Below are positions 8,716 through 18,484 of a DNA stretch of 64,000 nucleotides, in pieces. The stretch lies in NCBI GenBank assembly GCA_963663385.2, contig CAXXXD010000002.1:128001-192000 (forward strand). The letters run 5' to 3'. The DNA is from Oceanispirochaeta sp. (GTDB taxonomy: Bacteria > Spirochaetota > Spirochaetia > DSM-2461). The position numbers and the translations under genes were made by a program. The first letter of the stretch is position 1, and every line of letters starts with the position of its first letter. The notes beneath the pieces were generated by a model. That model made no database searches and was not told where the DNA came from. It saw nothing but the letters and a program-made list of their open reading frames with translations.

Positions 8716-8787
8716 GCCTCAGCCGCTTTTGATTAACGGTTCTTTCCCGGTAGACGACAGGGGCTCTTGGTATAAGGGCGTACTGCT

Positions 8788-11739
8788 CTATCGTTTCAGG
8801 ATTTTATTCAAAGAGTTTATATACTGACTCCCCCGGCTGAGATAGAACGCCATTGCTTTGCTGTAGTTTTTTCCTAAAAACCCGTCCAGAAAGAGGTTGC
8901 AGATCATTTTCTGTCTTTCCAGAACATACTGGAACCGTAAAAAAATCAGTCTTTCTTCCATGGACATCTGTTTTACCAAACGCTTTAATACGGTACGGGC
9001 ATGAGGCTGATAGTACCAGAAATAGAGTAGATCCAGGGCATCATAAATGGAGGCCTTTAATAATTCCGGGTTCTCGATTTTGATTGTTTTGGCTACTTTT
9101 TTGGGGGTCTTCAGGAGATGGAGAACATTGTCTTCCGGAAGAAGGAGTTCCATATTTACATAGGAACTGTACATCTGTCTGATCTTTCTCTGATAATCCT
9201 TACGCCGCAAAAGGATATTCCTGTTCCTGTCGGCAGTGCCCTCGATCACTCCTGCGACACAGTCGGAAGCGGCTTTTGAGATTACCGCTGCCCACTTCTG
9301 AAGAATAAGCTCTACACCTGTGACGCCCAGGGAAAAAAGCAATCCTTCCAGTATATAGTTGAATGCAATAGCCAGGGGAATTGACAGGATAGAGCGGAAA
9401 AAGTTCCCCGCTATGGCTCCCGCAGGGAGGCCTCTGAAAAAATTGTGGCTGGAGATGTAAATCCCATTGACCAGAGCCATAATCCCGTATAAAGCAAGAA
9501 CGTTTGTGGAGGTATTGATCCCGAAACCCCTATCCAGAAGCAGATGTTTTACCAGAAAATCCAGAAGGGGAACCGAAAAACCTGTATACAGGAGCGAATC
9601 GGCAACACGGCTCCAATTGACATAGCTGTTCCACGATAACAGAGGAGACCTGCGCAGACTATCCCCTCCGAGTATGGACTGAAGAATATTTCTGAGACCC
9701 GTGATCCCGAACCAGATGGGAGCTCCCAGATAGGCCAGTACCCACCACTGTTTTGTCAGGGCGAATGTCAGGAATGCCGGAATAAACCCGATGAGTACTT
9801 TTAAAAAATTCTTTACGTTACTATTCAGATAAGTCCACTTATAGGAAAGACTGTGATTCTCCACAATCGGGGCGTCCTGTTCAATGCCTGTATCCATCTG
9901 GGGTTTCCAGCCGAGGGCGATGACATTGTTGGCGTCTTTCCTATCCGAGGAGTGGCGTGCTGCCAGCCACTCCCTTCCATCGGGAGAGTCATTTCCAATC
10001 ATGGGACTGTCTTTTTGACTGGATTTCCGTTTCATCCAGCCCGGCGTATAGGTCCGTCTTATTTTTACAGGGAGATAGATGGGGAGCATCCTTTGTTTTT
10101 CTCTCTTCCGAATCTCCTTCTGCGTCTTTTTGGGAAGTGTTTCAATTACAGCCAGTCCCATACCGTACAACTGGCTGGACCGGCCTGTGGAGTCAGTCCC
10201 CCAGCGGTCTGCAACTGGATGGGATTCATAGTAACTGAGCAGTCCGGGAAGGTCATTGAGAATACGGTTCAGTTTTTCCAGCCGGGTAGTTTTATCCGGT
10301 TCCTCCGACTTCTCCACCTCATCTATCAGAGATAAAATTGCCCTTTTCAGTGCTATTGTATTGCCGTTATTGAGAGGATGCTGAAATGAGCGGATTCTGG
10401 GGATCTCCCTGTTAAGTCCCTGAGCCCAATCCTTATGATTGTAAATCTCGAGTTCTGTAATGCTGCCTTTGCTGAGATAGATAAGCTCCAGTACATCCTC
10501 AGCATGGAGGCCTGTTAGGTTAAGGGTTAATCTGTATCCGGGGTGAATGGAGTCCAGTCTCTGTATCAGTTCCTCCGGGGTAGGGATGTTCTTTCCGCTT
10601 TCGGAGGAACTGATCTGTTCTATACTGAGATCCCGAAAATACTCTTCAAATAATTGTTCGGAAATGCAGTGTTCTATCTGTGTAATCTGCGATTCAAGAA
10701 ACGCCCTTTCTTCTCCGGTTGTTTCATCCACTTTTTCAATGCAATAGGCCAGCCTCTCCTTCAGTAATGGCTGAGCACTGTTGAAAATATATTCAGATAA
10801 ATGCAGCATGGATGCCTGACCGGTACCTACGAAATTTTTAAACTCCTTCATCTCCAGTTCTGGAAGAACCACGCCATAGTCTTTATTAAAACGTGTTCGT
10901 ATCTTCTGATTAAATAGTTTAAGAGCCGTAAAAACATCTTTTTCATTTTTCTGGCAGGTTTTTAGACCCTCTTTCATAAAATGGGCCACTTCTGTTCTTT
11001 TTAAAAACCTGAGAAATCCATCCGTATCAGAGAATCCTCTCGGAACCCAGATAAGTGACGCAGACTTACCCTGCAGGCTGGCCTTTAATTCCACACCGAT
11101 CCGGACATTTATTTCCATATAGGATGCTGCTGTGAGCAGTTCTTTTGCTGCTTCCGGGGGGATATATTCATAATAAATAACAGTAAGAGAGCGTATCCCC
11201 TTGATCCAGGCATCCATTATCAGGTGGGATGGGGTTTTGCGTCCTTTTGTATGGGCATCATGCACATGATGGTCAAATGTCAGCTGGTTCCACTCCTCCG
11301 GCATTTCCAGAAGATGATATTTCTTCAGAAACTTACGGACAACAACGGGTTTCCCCGTTAATATATTATGGAAATCGTAGGCCAGCTCCAGCAGGTGCTG
11401 TTCGTCCTCGTTCTCTCTCAGAAGGTCTTTCATAACAGAAAGAAGAGCCCTGGCGGTATTTTTGCTCATTGAGCCCTGTGCGCTGAAGAAAACTTCGTCA
11501 CGAAGGGAGTGGAGGGCTTTCAACCGATCGTCGGGGTTTCCTTCTTCAAGGGTAAAAAGCAGATTTTTCATGAGATTCGCTACTCTGATACCTTTTGGAT
11601 TTCCCAGTTCCTTTATTCCTCTGGGGTGCATATGGTAATTGAATAGAGACTGTTCTTTCCTTGACATGTTCCTGTGATTGCCTACCGGGAGGTGTTCGAG
11701 TAGTTTACGATCGCGGTCATTAAATAGAAGATCCCTCAT
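8788..11739 (-). CDS. Large hypothetical protein with PHP-like (HxH) domain and C-terminal multi-pass membrane region
   Basis: 983-aa ORF with AAGGAG RBS. FDHHVHD, IGVEL, LEIYN and WGTDSTG align with PHP-fold motifs. Several hydrophobic segments follow about residue 645. Confidence 0.75.
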   Translation of the reverse strand: MRDLLFNDRDRKLLEHLPVGNHRNMSRKEQSLFNYHMHPRGIKELGNPKGIRVANLMKNLLFTLEEGNPDDRLKALHSLRDEVFFSAQGSMSKNTARALLSVMKDLLRENEDEQHLLELAYDFHNILTGKPVVVRKFLKKYHLLEMPEEWNQLTFDHHVHDAHTKGRKTPSHLIMDAWIKGIRSLTVIYYEYIPPEAAKELLTAASYMEINVRIGVELKASLQGKSASLIWVPRGFSDTDGFLRFLKRTEVAHFMKEGLKTCQKNEKDVFTALKLFNQKIRTRFNKDYGVVLPELEMKEFKNFVGTGQASMLHLSEYIFNSAQPLLKERLAYCIEKVDETTGEERAFLESQITQIEHCISEQLFEEYFRDLSIEQISSSESGKNIPTPEELIQRLDSIHPGYRLTLNLTGLHAEDVLELIYLSKGSITELEIYNHKDWAQGLNREIPRIRSFQHPLNNGNTIALKRAILSLIDEVEKSEEPDKTTRLEKLNRILNDLPGLLSYYESHPVADRWGTDSTGRSSQLYGMGLAVIETLPKKTQKEIRKREKQRMLPIYLPVKIRRTYTPGWMKRKSSQKDSPMIGNDSPDGREWLAARHSSDRKDANNVIALGWKPQMDTGIEQDAPIVENHSLSYKWTYLNSNVKNFLKVLIGFIPAFLTFALTKQWWVLAYLGAPIWFGITGLRNILQSILGGDSLRRSPLLSWNSYVNWSRVADSLLYTGFSVPLLDFLVKHLLLDRGFGINTSTNVLALYGIMALVNGIYISSHNFFRGLPAGAIAGNFFRSILSIPLAIAFNYILEGLLFSLGVTGVELILQKWAAVISKAASDCVAGVIEGTADRNRNILLRRKDYQRKIRQMYSSYVNMELLLPEDNVLHLLKTPKKVAKTIKIENPELLKASIYDALDLLYFWYYQPHARTVLKRLVKQMSMEERLIFLRFQYVLERQKMICNLFLDGFLGKNYSKAMAFYLSRGSQYINSLNKILKR

Positions 11740-11824
11740 TTATTGTGCTCCTTGTATAATAAGTATATCATAATATCAGACAATCTGCCGAGTATGTTTC
11801 TCTCTCTGAATCCGAACGAGCCCT

Positions 11825-13321
11825 CTACAGGATTTCATCCAGGTTTTCGATCCGGAGAATCCCTGTTTTATTTATAACCACGCAGTAATGATAGAGCTCT
11901 TCTGTTTCTCTGAGGTTGTCATTCTTCAGGCTCATTATCATATGAACCTTGTATACGCGGTTCCCCTTTATTTTCAGTTTCTTCATATTTTCCAGGCGGT
12001 AGAAGATATCCTTGGGGTCATCCATTTCTCTCAGCCAGTCGACAATATGTATGCGGATGATCTCGGTTACACTGTTTATCCTCGAGTGATTTCCCCTAAG
12101 TTTCCTTGAATCCAGATCTATGGTTCTCTGGTAGTGAATAACATCCTGTTCCGGGAAAATGGGGCGGAACGGATTGGGGGTGCGGAACCGCATTTTCCGG
12201 ATTTTATCCGGAACCTGTCCCGCTTTGCCGAATCCCGCATACCCTCTGGATACTCCGACTCTTTTATCCATTGTGGGGTCGAAAAGAAGGGACAGCTGGT
12301 CTGAGGTGAAACGGGGGAGAAGGCGTTTCATCCTCTCCCTGGACACTTCCTTGATCCTGTCTTTGAAAATATACGAAAAAACAATTAACAGGATCCAGGG
12401 CATACTGTTGGGACTGAAGACCTTTCCGGCGAATATGGTAACAAGAACGGCGAATATCATGGCAAGTCCCGCTGCAATCCCTGCAATGATATGCCCGATC
12501 CTGTGGGGGGCCCGGCTGTCTTCGTTATTCATGTACATGGCGGACTGAGACCATTTTTTCAGCACATTTTCTCTGTAGGCAAGTCTTTCTCCGGAGCGGG
12601 AATCCTCTTCCATGTAAAGGTACTGGTAGTTCATGGACTTCCGGTATTCCGTTTCTTCTCTGGTTATCTTCTCATAGGCTTTTAGCAGTTTTTCGGGGGA
12701 AGTGATGTTCTGGGTATAAGAGAAAAGGCGGTTCATGGCCCTTTCTGTTATGATGCTGATGGATTCGTCGGCCCAGGCAAGGGCTGTTCTCTGTACATCC
12801 GTAATCCGGGGGCTGATAAAAAGGGCATGAAGTTTTCTGAACTCTTCCAGGAAGGCTTTTACCTCCTTCAGAAAAAGGTTGATCCTTTTGCAGCACATGC
12901 TTTCCATAAGCTGCTTTTGAATTTCCTGCCCCATCAGTTCTATCGTGTTATCCACCTCCGACCGGTACATATTGGTCAGAACCTGCAGTTCATAGAGAAG
13001 AATATCTTTTTTCCGGGGCTGCTCAATTTCGGGGATATCCATAAAGTTTCGGATTCTGCTTAATGGACTCAGATCGTTTTCCCTGTCTATCAGCATTTTC
13101 AGGGAGAGGGCCGGTGTGGAGAAACGCGTATAGATTCTGATGTTGCTGATGAAGTTTTTTACTCCGATCCTCTTGCTTGTAACACCCAGCTGACTGGGAA
13201 AGAAGAAATAACAATCCATCTTGTAATCGGTTTTCTTTGCATCCTGTAGAAGGGGGTATTCAGATTTCAGCTCCAGGTGGTGTCTGCTGTGGACCCTGAC
13301 AGAACAATTGTACTCTTTCAT
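11825..13321 (-). CDS. Hypothetical membrane protein with long helical N-terminus and a two-TM hairpin
   Basis: Long ORF, start probably ATG 13321 (MKEYNC). Hydrophobic pair IIAGIAAGLAMIFAVLVTIF / WILLIVFSYIF followed by KDRIKE. No signal peptide. Confidence 0.75.
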   Translation of the reverse strand: MKEYNCSVRVHSRHHLELKSEYPLLQDAKKTDYKMDCYFFFPSQLGVTSKRIGVKNFISNIRIYTRFSTPALSLKMLIDRENDLSPLSRIRNFMDIPEIEQPRKKDILLYELQVLTNMYRSEVDNTIELMGQEIQKQLMESMCCKRINLFLKEVKAFLEEFRKLHALFISPRITDVQRTALAWADESISIITERAMNRLFSYTQNITSPEKLLKAYEKITREETEYRKSMNYQYLYMEEDSRSGERLAYRENVLKKWSQSAMYMNNEDSRAPHRIGHIIAGIAAGLAMIFAVLVTIFAGKVFSPNSMPWILLIVFSYIFKDRIKEVSRERMKRLLPRFTSDQLSLLFDPTMDKRVGVSRGYAGFGKAGQVPDKIRKMRFRTPNPFRPIFPEQDVIHYQRTIDLDSRKLRGNHSRINSVTEIIRIHIVDWLREMDDPKDIFYRLENMKKLKIKGNRVYKVHMIMSLKNDNLRETEELYHYCVVINKTGILRIENLDEIL

Positions 13322-13467
13322 AATATTTGTCCAATTCGTTAGGAAACTAACAAACAAATAACATAACCTTAAATTGTAAAGCTGTAAATGTTAAAAATTT
13401 AAATGTTACCGGATTGATACCCTGTTCTGTCTGTTCCGGTGAACGAGGAGTTGGGGGAATTCTTTTA

Positions 13468-13549
13468 TTGACAATTTGAGGGATTGCCATTTAATATTTA
13501 AATGTAAAGAAAAATTAACATAAATACCTCTATGTTAATAAAAATTTAC
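13468..13549 (+). promoter_or_regulatory. sigma70-type promoter with downstream inverted-repeat operator candidate
   Basis: TTGACA (13468-13473), 18 nt, TAATAT (13492-13497). Then the symmetric element GTAAA-N5-ATTAACATA-N8-TATGTTAAT-N5-TTTAC (13504-13549). Confidence 0.5.
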
Positions 13550-13588
13550 TTTATGGCTTTAATTGAAAAAATCTGAAAGGAGAGACAA

Positions 13589-14743
13589 ATGAAAAATTGC
13601 TCAAGACTTACGATTCTGATGTTGCTTGTTCTGCTTCTGGGAGGCGGCTTGATAATGGCGACAGGCTCACAGGAAGCTGCTGAAGAGACGGAAGTCGTTG
13701 TCGAAGAGGTCGTTATGACCCATGACGAACTGGTTGCCGCCGCCAAAGCGGAAGGTAAGGTTGCTGTATATTCAGTTACAAGCAGAATCGCCAATGCGGC
13801 GGCTGCGTTTACCGAAAAATACGGTATTGAAGTGGAAGCTTCCAATCTGAAGGATTTCGAACTGATTGAGAAAATTTCAAAGGAAGGCAGTACCGGCGTT
13901 AATGGTGCGGACTTTGTTCTCTGCCAGGATGGCGGACGGGTAATGGGTGAGTTGTTAACTCTTGATTATCTTTATAACTATGTTCCTCCTGCCATGGAAA
14001 GTGTAATCCCTGCAGAATTCCAGAACCCTCTGGCCTTTGCCTTTATCAACAAGGTCTTTATCTACAATGATGAAGCCTCGCCGGAATATCCGTTTACAAA
14101 TATCTGGGCTTTGACAACAGAAGAGTGGAGAGGCAAATTCCAGTTCAAGAATCCCTTCCAGGAAGGAGTTAATGCAAACTTTCTTACCATGGTAACCAAG
14201 CCCGAGGTTGCGGATAAAATCGCGGCGGCTTACAAAGAGTATTTCGGACGGGAAATTCAACTGACCACGGAAAACGCCGGTTACGAGTGGATTAAGGGTA
14301 TTCTGGAAAATGATATGATTCTTACAACATCCGACACCAAAACAGCCGAAAGCATCGGTATTCGCGGTCAGAACAAGAAGAATAACGCCGGATTGTTTGT
14401 TTTCTCAAAATTCCGCTATAAAGAGAGTAAAAATCTGGCTCTGGAACCGATTATGGATGTTGAACCCTTTTCCGGTTTTTACTATCCCATCTACGCTCTA
14501 ATGAGCACTAACGCCCAGAATCCTGCCGCTGCAAAGCTCTTTATTGAGTTTCTGCTGACAGAAGAAGGATTCCAGCCCTGGAGTACGGATCTGGGAACTT
14601 ACTCTTCCAATCCTAATGTTCCTCTGCAGCCAAATGATCATCCCATGACAACATGGGTAGATATCCTTGTGGAAGAAGATCCTGCCTACTGTTTCGAAAA
14701 CAGAGCAGACGTCGAAGAATTTCTTAACGAATTTATTTATTAA
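13589..14743 (+). CDS. ABC transporter solute-binding protein (Fe3+/thiamine/AfuA superfamily, substrate unknown)
   Basis: Signal peptide ending IMA|TGSQE; ELVAAAKAEGKVAVYS; NAQNPAAAKLFIEFLL. AAGGAG RBS. Followed by permease and ATPase genes. Confidence 0.85.
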   Translation: MKNCSRLTILMLLVLLLGGGLIMATGSQEAAEETEVVVEEVVMTHDELVAAAKAEGKVAVYSVTSRIANAAAAFTEKYGIEVEASNLKDFELIEKISKEGSTGVNGADFVLCQDGGRVMGELLTLDYLYNYVPPAMESVIPAEFQNPLAFAFINKVFIYNDEASPEYPFTNIWALTTEEWRGKFQFKNPFQEGVNANFLTMVTKPEVADKIAAAYKEYFGREIQLTTENAGYEWIKGILENDMILTTSDTKTAESIGIRGQNKKNNAGLFVFSKFRYKESKNLALEPIMDVEPFSGFYYPIYALMSTNAQNPAAAKLFIEFLLTEEGFQPWSTDLGTYSSNPNVPLQPNDHPMTTWVDILVEEDPAYCFENRADVEEFLNEFIY

Positions 14744-14752
14744 ACAGTTATG

Positions 14753-14774
14753 GCGGAGTTCTCCGGGACTCCGC
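14753..14774 (+). other. Intergenic stem-loop after the SBP gene (probable mRNA-stabilising hairpin)
   Basis: GCGGAGT (14753-14759) pairs with ACTCCGC (14768-14774); no long U-tract. Confidence 0.5.
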
Positions 14775-14797
14775 AATTTATATTAAGGATGTAAAAC

Positions 14798-16591
14798 GTG
14801 AATTATCAAAACAGGATAAAAGCGTTCATAAAAAAACCCCATAATATTATCCTGGTTACTCTGGCTTTTATACTGGTGTATCTGACAGTTGTTCCCATGA
14901 TAACAATAATACTGGACACTTTTACTGTTCATCAGTCTGAACTGATGCGGGTAAAAGGGGCAAAGGTAGGAGACTTTACGCTGTATCACTGGAATAAAGT
15001 CCTTTTTTCTTCTTCCAGTCGTAAAATCTTTTATGAACCTTTTCTGAATACCATGGTGGTCTCCTTTGGTACATGTTTCATTTCAATTTTTCTGGGAGGT
15101 CTGGTCGCCTGGCTTATAACAAGAACGAATATCAAGTATAAGGGAGTTATTTCCACTCTCTTTATTTTTCCATATATCATGCCGTCCTGGACCCTGGCGA
15201 TGGCATGGCTGAATTTCTTCAAGAACTCCAGAGTCGGGGGCGCTCCGGGTATCTTTACCGCCTTGACCGGGATTGAAACGGCGAACTGGTTTGCCTACGG
15301 ACCATTTCCCATTGTTGTCGTTCTCGGGCTTCATTATGCTCCCTTCGCCTATATTCTCATCGGGGGGATCCTGAGGAACATGGATGCCAACCTGGAGGAG
15401 GCTGCTCTGATCCTGAAAGCCAGTCGCTGGAAGATCATGAGGAAAGTGACTATGCCTATTGTATTGCCGGCTATGCTTTCCACATTCCTGCTGGTTTTCT
15501 CAAGCGCCATGAGCGCCTTTGCCGTACCGGCTTTTCTGGGGACTTCTGTCAGATATCAGGTTCTTACAACCCAGATGTTCAGGACTCTGAACGGACTGAA
15601 TCCGGGGTACGGTTATATTATGTCGCTGATTATGATAGCCACAGGCGTTTTAATCCTCGGGATCAACCAGTATATCATCGGGACCAGGAAGTCCTTTACA
15701 ACCATTACCGGTAAGAGTTCAAATATTTCCTTAATCAATCTGAAAGCCTTCCGGACTGTTATCTCCCTGCTGCTTGTCCTGTTTATCGCAATAGTCTGTA
15801 TGGTTCCTCTGTTCTCCTTTGCTCTGGAGTCCTTTATTATGGAGCCGGGGAACTATTCCCTCGATAACTATACAACCCTCTTCTGGGTCGGAAAGGGTGA
15901 TCCATCCGTAGCCAACGGGGAACCCGGGATTCTCAGAAACCCATCCATTTTTCACGGGTTGTGGAATAGTGTCCGTCTTTCCGTACTGGTTTCGTTTATT
16001 GCCGGATCTGTGGGTATCCTTGCCGGTTACGCTATCGTTAAAAAGAAGAACACAAGACTGTCTCTTTTTGTAAACAATATGGCTTTCTTTCCCTACCTGA
16101 TGCCCAGTATGGCGTTTGGCGCCATCTATCTCTCAATGTTTGCCGTTAAGCGTGGTTTTATCCCGCCCCTGTATGGTTCATTTGCCATTCTTGTTCTGGT
16201 AGGAGCTGTTAAATACCTTCCCTTTGCTTCCCGGGCCAGTGTAGGAGCCATGCATCAGCTGAGCAGTGAAATAGAGGAAGCCGGAATCATTCAGGGAATC
16301 GGCTGGTGGAAGAGGATGCTGCGCATCATCATTCCCATACAGAAAGCCAGTTTTATTTCGGGTTACCTTCTCCCGTTTATTTCCTGTATGAGGGAGTTGT
16401 CTCTATTTATTCTTCTGGTTACGCCCTCATCTCGTATTCTGACAACCATGCTGTTTCAGTACAACGAAAAGGGATGGAACCAGTACGCCAATGCCATAAA
16501 TCTTCTGATAGTGCTCTTTGTCGTATTCAGTAATGTAATGGTAAACCGTATCACCGGTGCTTCAATTGATAAAGGAATAGGAGGGCAGTAA
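14798..16591 (+). CDS. ABC transporter permease, FbpB-type with two fused membrane domains
   Basis: About 12 TM helices and two EAA loops (LEEAALILKAS, IEEAGIIQGIG). GTG start. Confidence 0.9.
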   Translation: MNYQNRIKAFIKKPHNIILVTLAFILVYLTVVPMITIILDTFTVHQSELMRVKGAKVGDFTLYHWNKVLFSSSSRKIFYEPFLNTMVVSFGTCFISIFLGGLVAWLITRTNIKYKGVISTLFIFPYIMPSWTLAMAWLNFFKNSRVGGAPGIFTALTGIETANWFAYGPFPIVVVLGLHYAPFAYILIGGILRNMDANLEEAALILKASRWKIMRKVTMPIVLPAMLSTFLLVFSSAMSAFAVPAFLGTSVRYQVLTTQMFRTLNGLNPGYGYIMSLIMIATGVLILGINQYIIGTRKSFTTITGKSSNISLINLKAFRTVISLLLVLFIAIVCMVPLFSFALESFIMEPGNYSLDNYTTLFWVGKGDPSVANGEPGILRNPSIFHGLWNSVRLSVLVSFIAGSVGILAGYAIVKKKNTRLSLFVNNMAFFPYLMPSMAFGAIYLSMFAVKRGFIPPLYGSFAILVLVGAVKYLPFASRASVGAMHQLSSEIEEAGIIQGIGWWKRMLRIIIPIQKASFISGYLLPFISCMRELSLFILLVTPSSRILTTMLFQYNEKGWNQYANAINLLIVLFVVFSNVMVNRITGASIDKGIGGQ

Positions 16592-16592
16592 T

Positions 16593-17705
16593 ATGCCGCA
16601 GATCAGACTAAAAAATATAACTAAAAGATTCGGTAAATCCGTTGCTGTTGATAATTTGAACCTGAATATCGATGACAGGGAATTCATAACTCTCCTGGGC
16701 CCTTCCGGGTGCGGAAAAACGACAACCCTCCGTATGATCGCCGGACTGGAAACTCCGACAGAGGGGGAAATCTTTATTGACGGAAAATGTGTTTTCTCTT
16801 CAGAGTCAGGAATCGATATCTCTCCCGATAAACGGAATGTGGGATTCCTTTTTCAGAATTATGCCCTTTGGCCCCATATGACTGTGTTTAAAAACATTGC
16901 CTTCGGTCTGGAAAATCTGAAGTGGGAGAAAACGAAGATTGCCGACAGGGTGCATGAACTGCTGAAAATGCTCCGGATAGAGGAACTGGTGGACCGGTAT
17001 CCTTCGGAACTGTCCGGCGGACAGCAGCAGAGAGTCGCGATTGCCCGAACCCTGGCTACGGGGCCTAAAATCCTCTTTATGGACGAACCCTTAAGCAACC
17101 TGGATGCCAAACTCAGAATGGAGATGAGAGCAGAGCTGAAACGCCTCCATATGGAGACGGACTCTACCTTTGTTTATGTTACACACGACCAGCTGGAAGC
17201 CATGACCCTTTCCACGAAAATCTGTCTTCTGAAGGAAGGTCTGCTGCAGCAGTTTGAACCGCCCATGTCGGTTTACCGCAACCCGGCCAACTATTTTGTT
17301 GCTGATTTTGTGGGCAGTCCCAATATCAATATGATTGAACTGAAGGGCAGTAATATTAATCTGGATGAAATAAAACTTGTGAACAGGAATATGGAGTTTC
17401 TGTTTATCCCCCAGTCCTCCAGTATTAATGTGCATGAGGATCAGGAACTCCTTTTAGGTATAAGGCCTGAGGATCTCTCCATTTGTGATGACGGGGATTT
17501 TGAAGCTAATGTTTATTCTACTCTTCCCTCGGGAATGGAAACCGTTGTTAAGCTGGAAATCAATGATCTGATGCTTACCTGTGTTGTTTTCGGCAGTGTG
17601 GATTTTAAAATGGGAGAGACGGTTAAAGTCAAATTCCATGGCCAGGATTATGTGCTGTTCGACAAGGAAAGCGAGAAAAATCTGGGAGTGGGGAAGCTGA
17701 TGTAA
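16593..17705 (+). CDS. ABC transporter ATP-binding protein
   Basis: GPSGCGKT, LSGGQQQR, LFMDEPLSNLD, VTHD and a C-terminal TOBE-like region. Confidence 0.95.
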   Translation: MPQIRLKNITKRFGKSVAVDNLNLNIDDREFITLLGPSGCGKTTTLRMIAGLETPTEGEIFIDGKCVFSSESGIDISPDKRNVGFLFQNYALWPHMTVFKNIAFGLENLKWEKTKIADRVHELLKMLRIEELVDRYPSELSGGQQQRVAIARTLATGPKILFMDEPLSNLDAKLRMEMRAELKRLHMETDSTFVYVTHDQLEAMTLSTKICLLKEGLLQQFEPPMSVYRNPANYFVADFVGSPNINMIELKGSNINLDEIKLVNRNMEFLFIPQSSSINVHEDQELLLGIRPEDLSICDDGDFEANVYSTLPSGMETVVKLEINDLMLTCVVFGSVDFKMGETVKVKFHGQDYVLFDKESEKNLGVGKLM

Positions 17706-17725
17706 TGGTGTGAATGTATTACAAT

Positions 17726-17756
17726 AGGTATGATCCTTTTTAACAGGATCATACCT
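17726..17756. other. Perfect 12-bp inverted repeat between the ABC operon and the response regulator
   Basis: AGGTATGATCCT-TTTTAAC-AGGATCATACCT. No clear U-tract, so it could be an attenuating hairpin or an operator. Confidence 0.55.
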
Positions 17757-17778
17757 GTACGGTTAATATAATTTAAGG

Positions 17779-18483
17779 ATGGCAGAAATGAAACGCCGGA
17801 AAATCCTGCTTGTTGATGATGAAGTCCATATTCAGGAGATGCTTCGCATAAATATGAAATCTCAGGGCTATGAGTGCCTGTCCGCCTATACGGGAGAGGA
17901 GGCTCTGGATATTGCCCGGAAAGAATCTCCGGATCTTATCCTCCTGGATGTCATGATGCCGGGAATGGACGGTGTTGAAACCTGCCGCAGGTTAAAAGCG
18001 GATAAGAACCTTCGTGCTATTCCGGTTCTAATGGTTAGTGCCAAGAGCCAGGGGCAGGATAAGATAAAGGGCCTTGAGGGGGGAGCGGATGATTACATTA
18101 CCAAACCCTTCAGTATTCATGAGCTTTTTCTGAGAATCAGGGCTTCGTTAAGACAGGTGGATCTTCTGACAAATGGTCGGAACGGGATCCTGCAGGCCGG
18201 TTCTCTTGCTCTGGATACGGAAAAACACCAGGTTACGACCGATGGAGAGAAAATCGATCTTACCCTTAAGGAATACAGGATCCTCTATCTTCTGATGAAA
18301 GACCGGGGAGCTCTTATTTCCCGGGAGGAGATGATCCAGGAAGTATTTGATATGGAGCCGGAGAAAATGGGGAGAACCCTGGATGTTCACGTCAGCAATA
18401 TCCGGAAAAAGCTGGAAGCCCGGAGTGTGTCGGGCTGCGAAATCGAAACCGTCAGGGGAAAGGGATTCCGTATCTCCGATTGA
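17779..18483 (+). CDS. OmpR/PhoB-family response regulator (PhoB/PhoP-like)
   Basis: ILLVDDE, LLDVMMPGMDG, GADDYITKPF, RTLDVHVSNIRKKL, IETVRGKGF. Confidence 0.9.
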   Translation: MAEMKRRKILLVDDEVHIQEMLRINMKSQGYECLSAYTGEEALDIARKESPDLILLDVMMPGMDGVETCRRLKADKNLRAIPVLMVSAKSQGQDKIKGLEGGADDYITKPFSIHELFLRIRASLRQVDLLTNGRNGILQAGSLALDTEKHQVTTDGEKIDLTLKEYRILYLLMKDRGALISREEMIQEVFDMEPEKMGRTLDVHVSNIRKKLEARSVSGCEIETVRGKGFRISD

Positions 18484-18484
18484 T

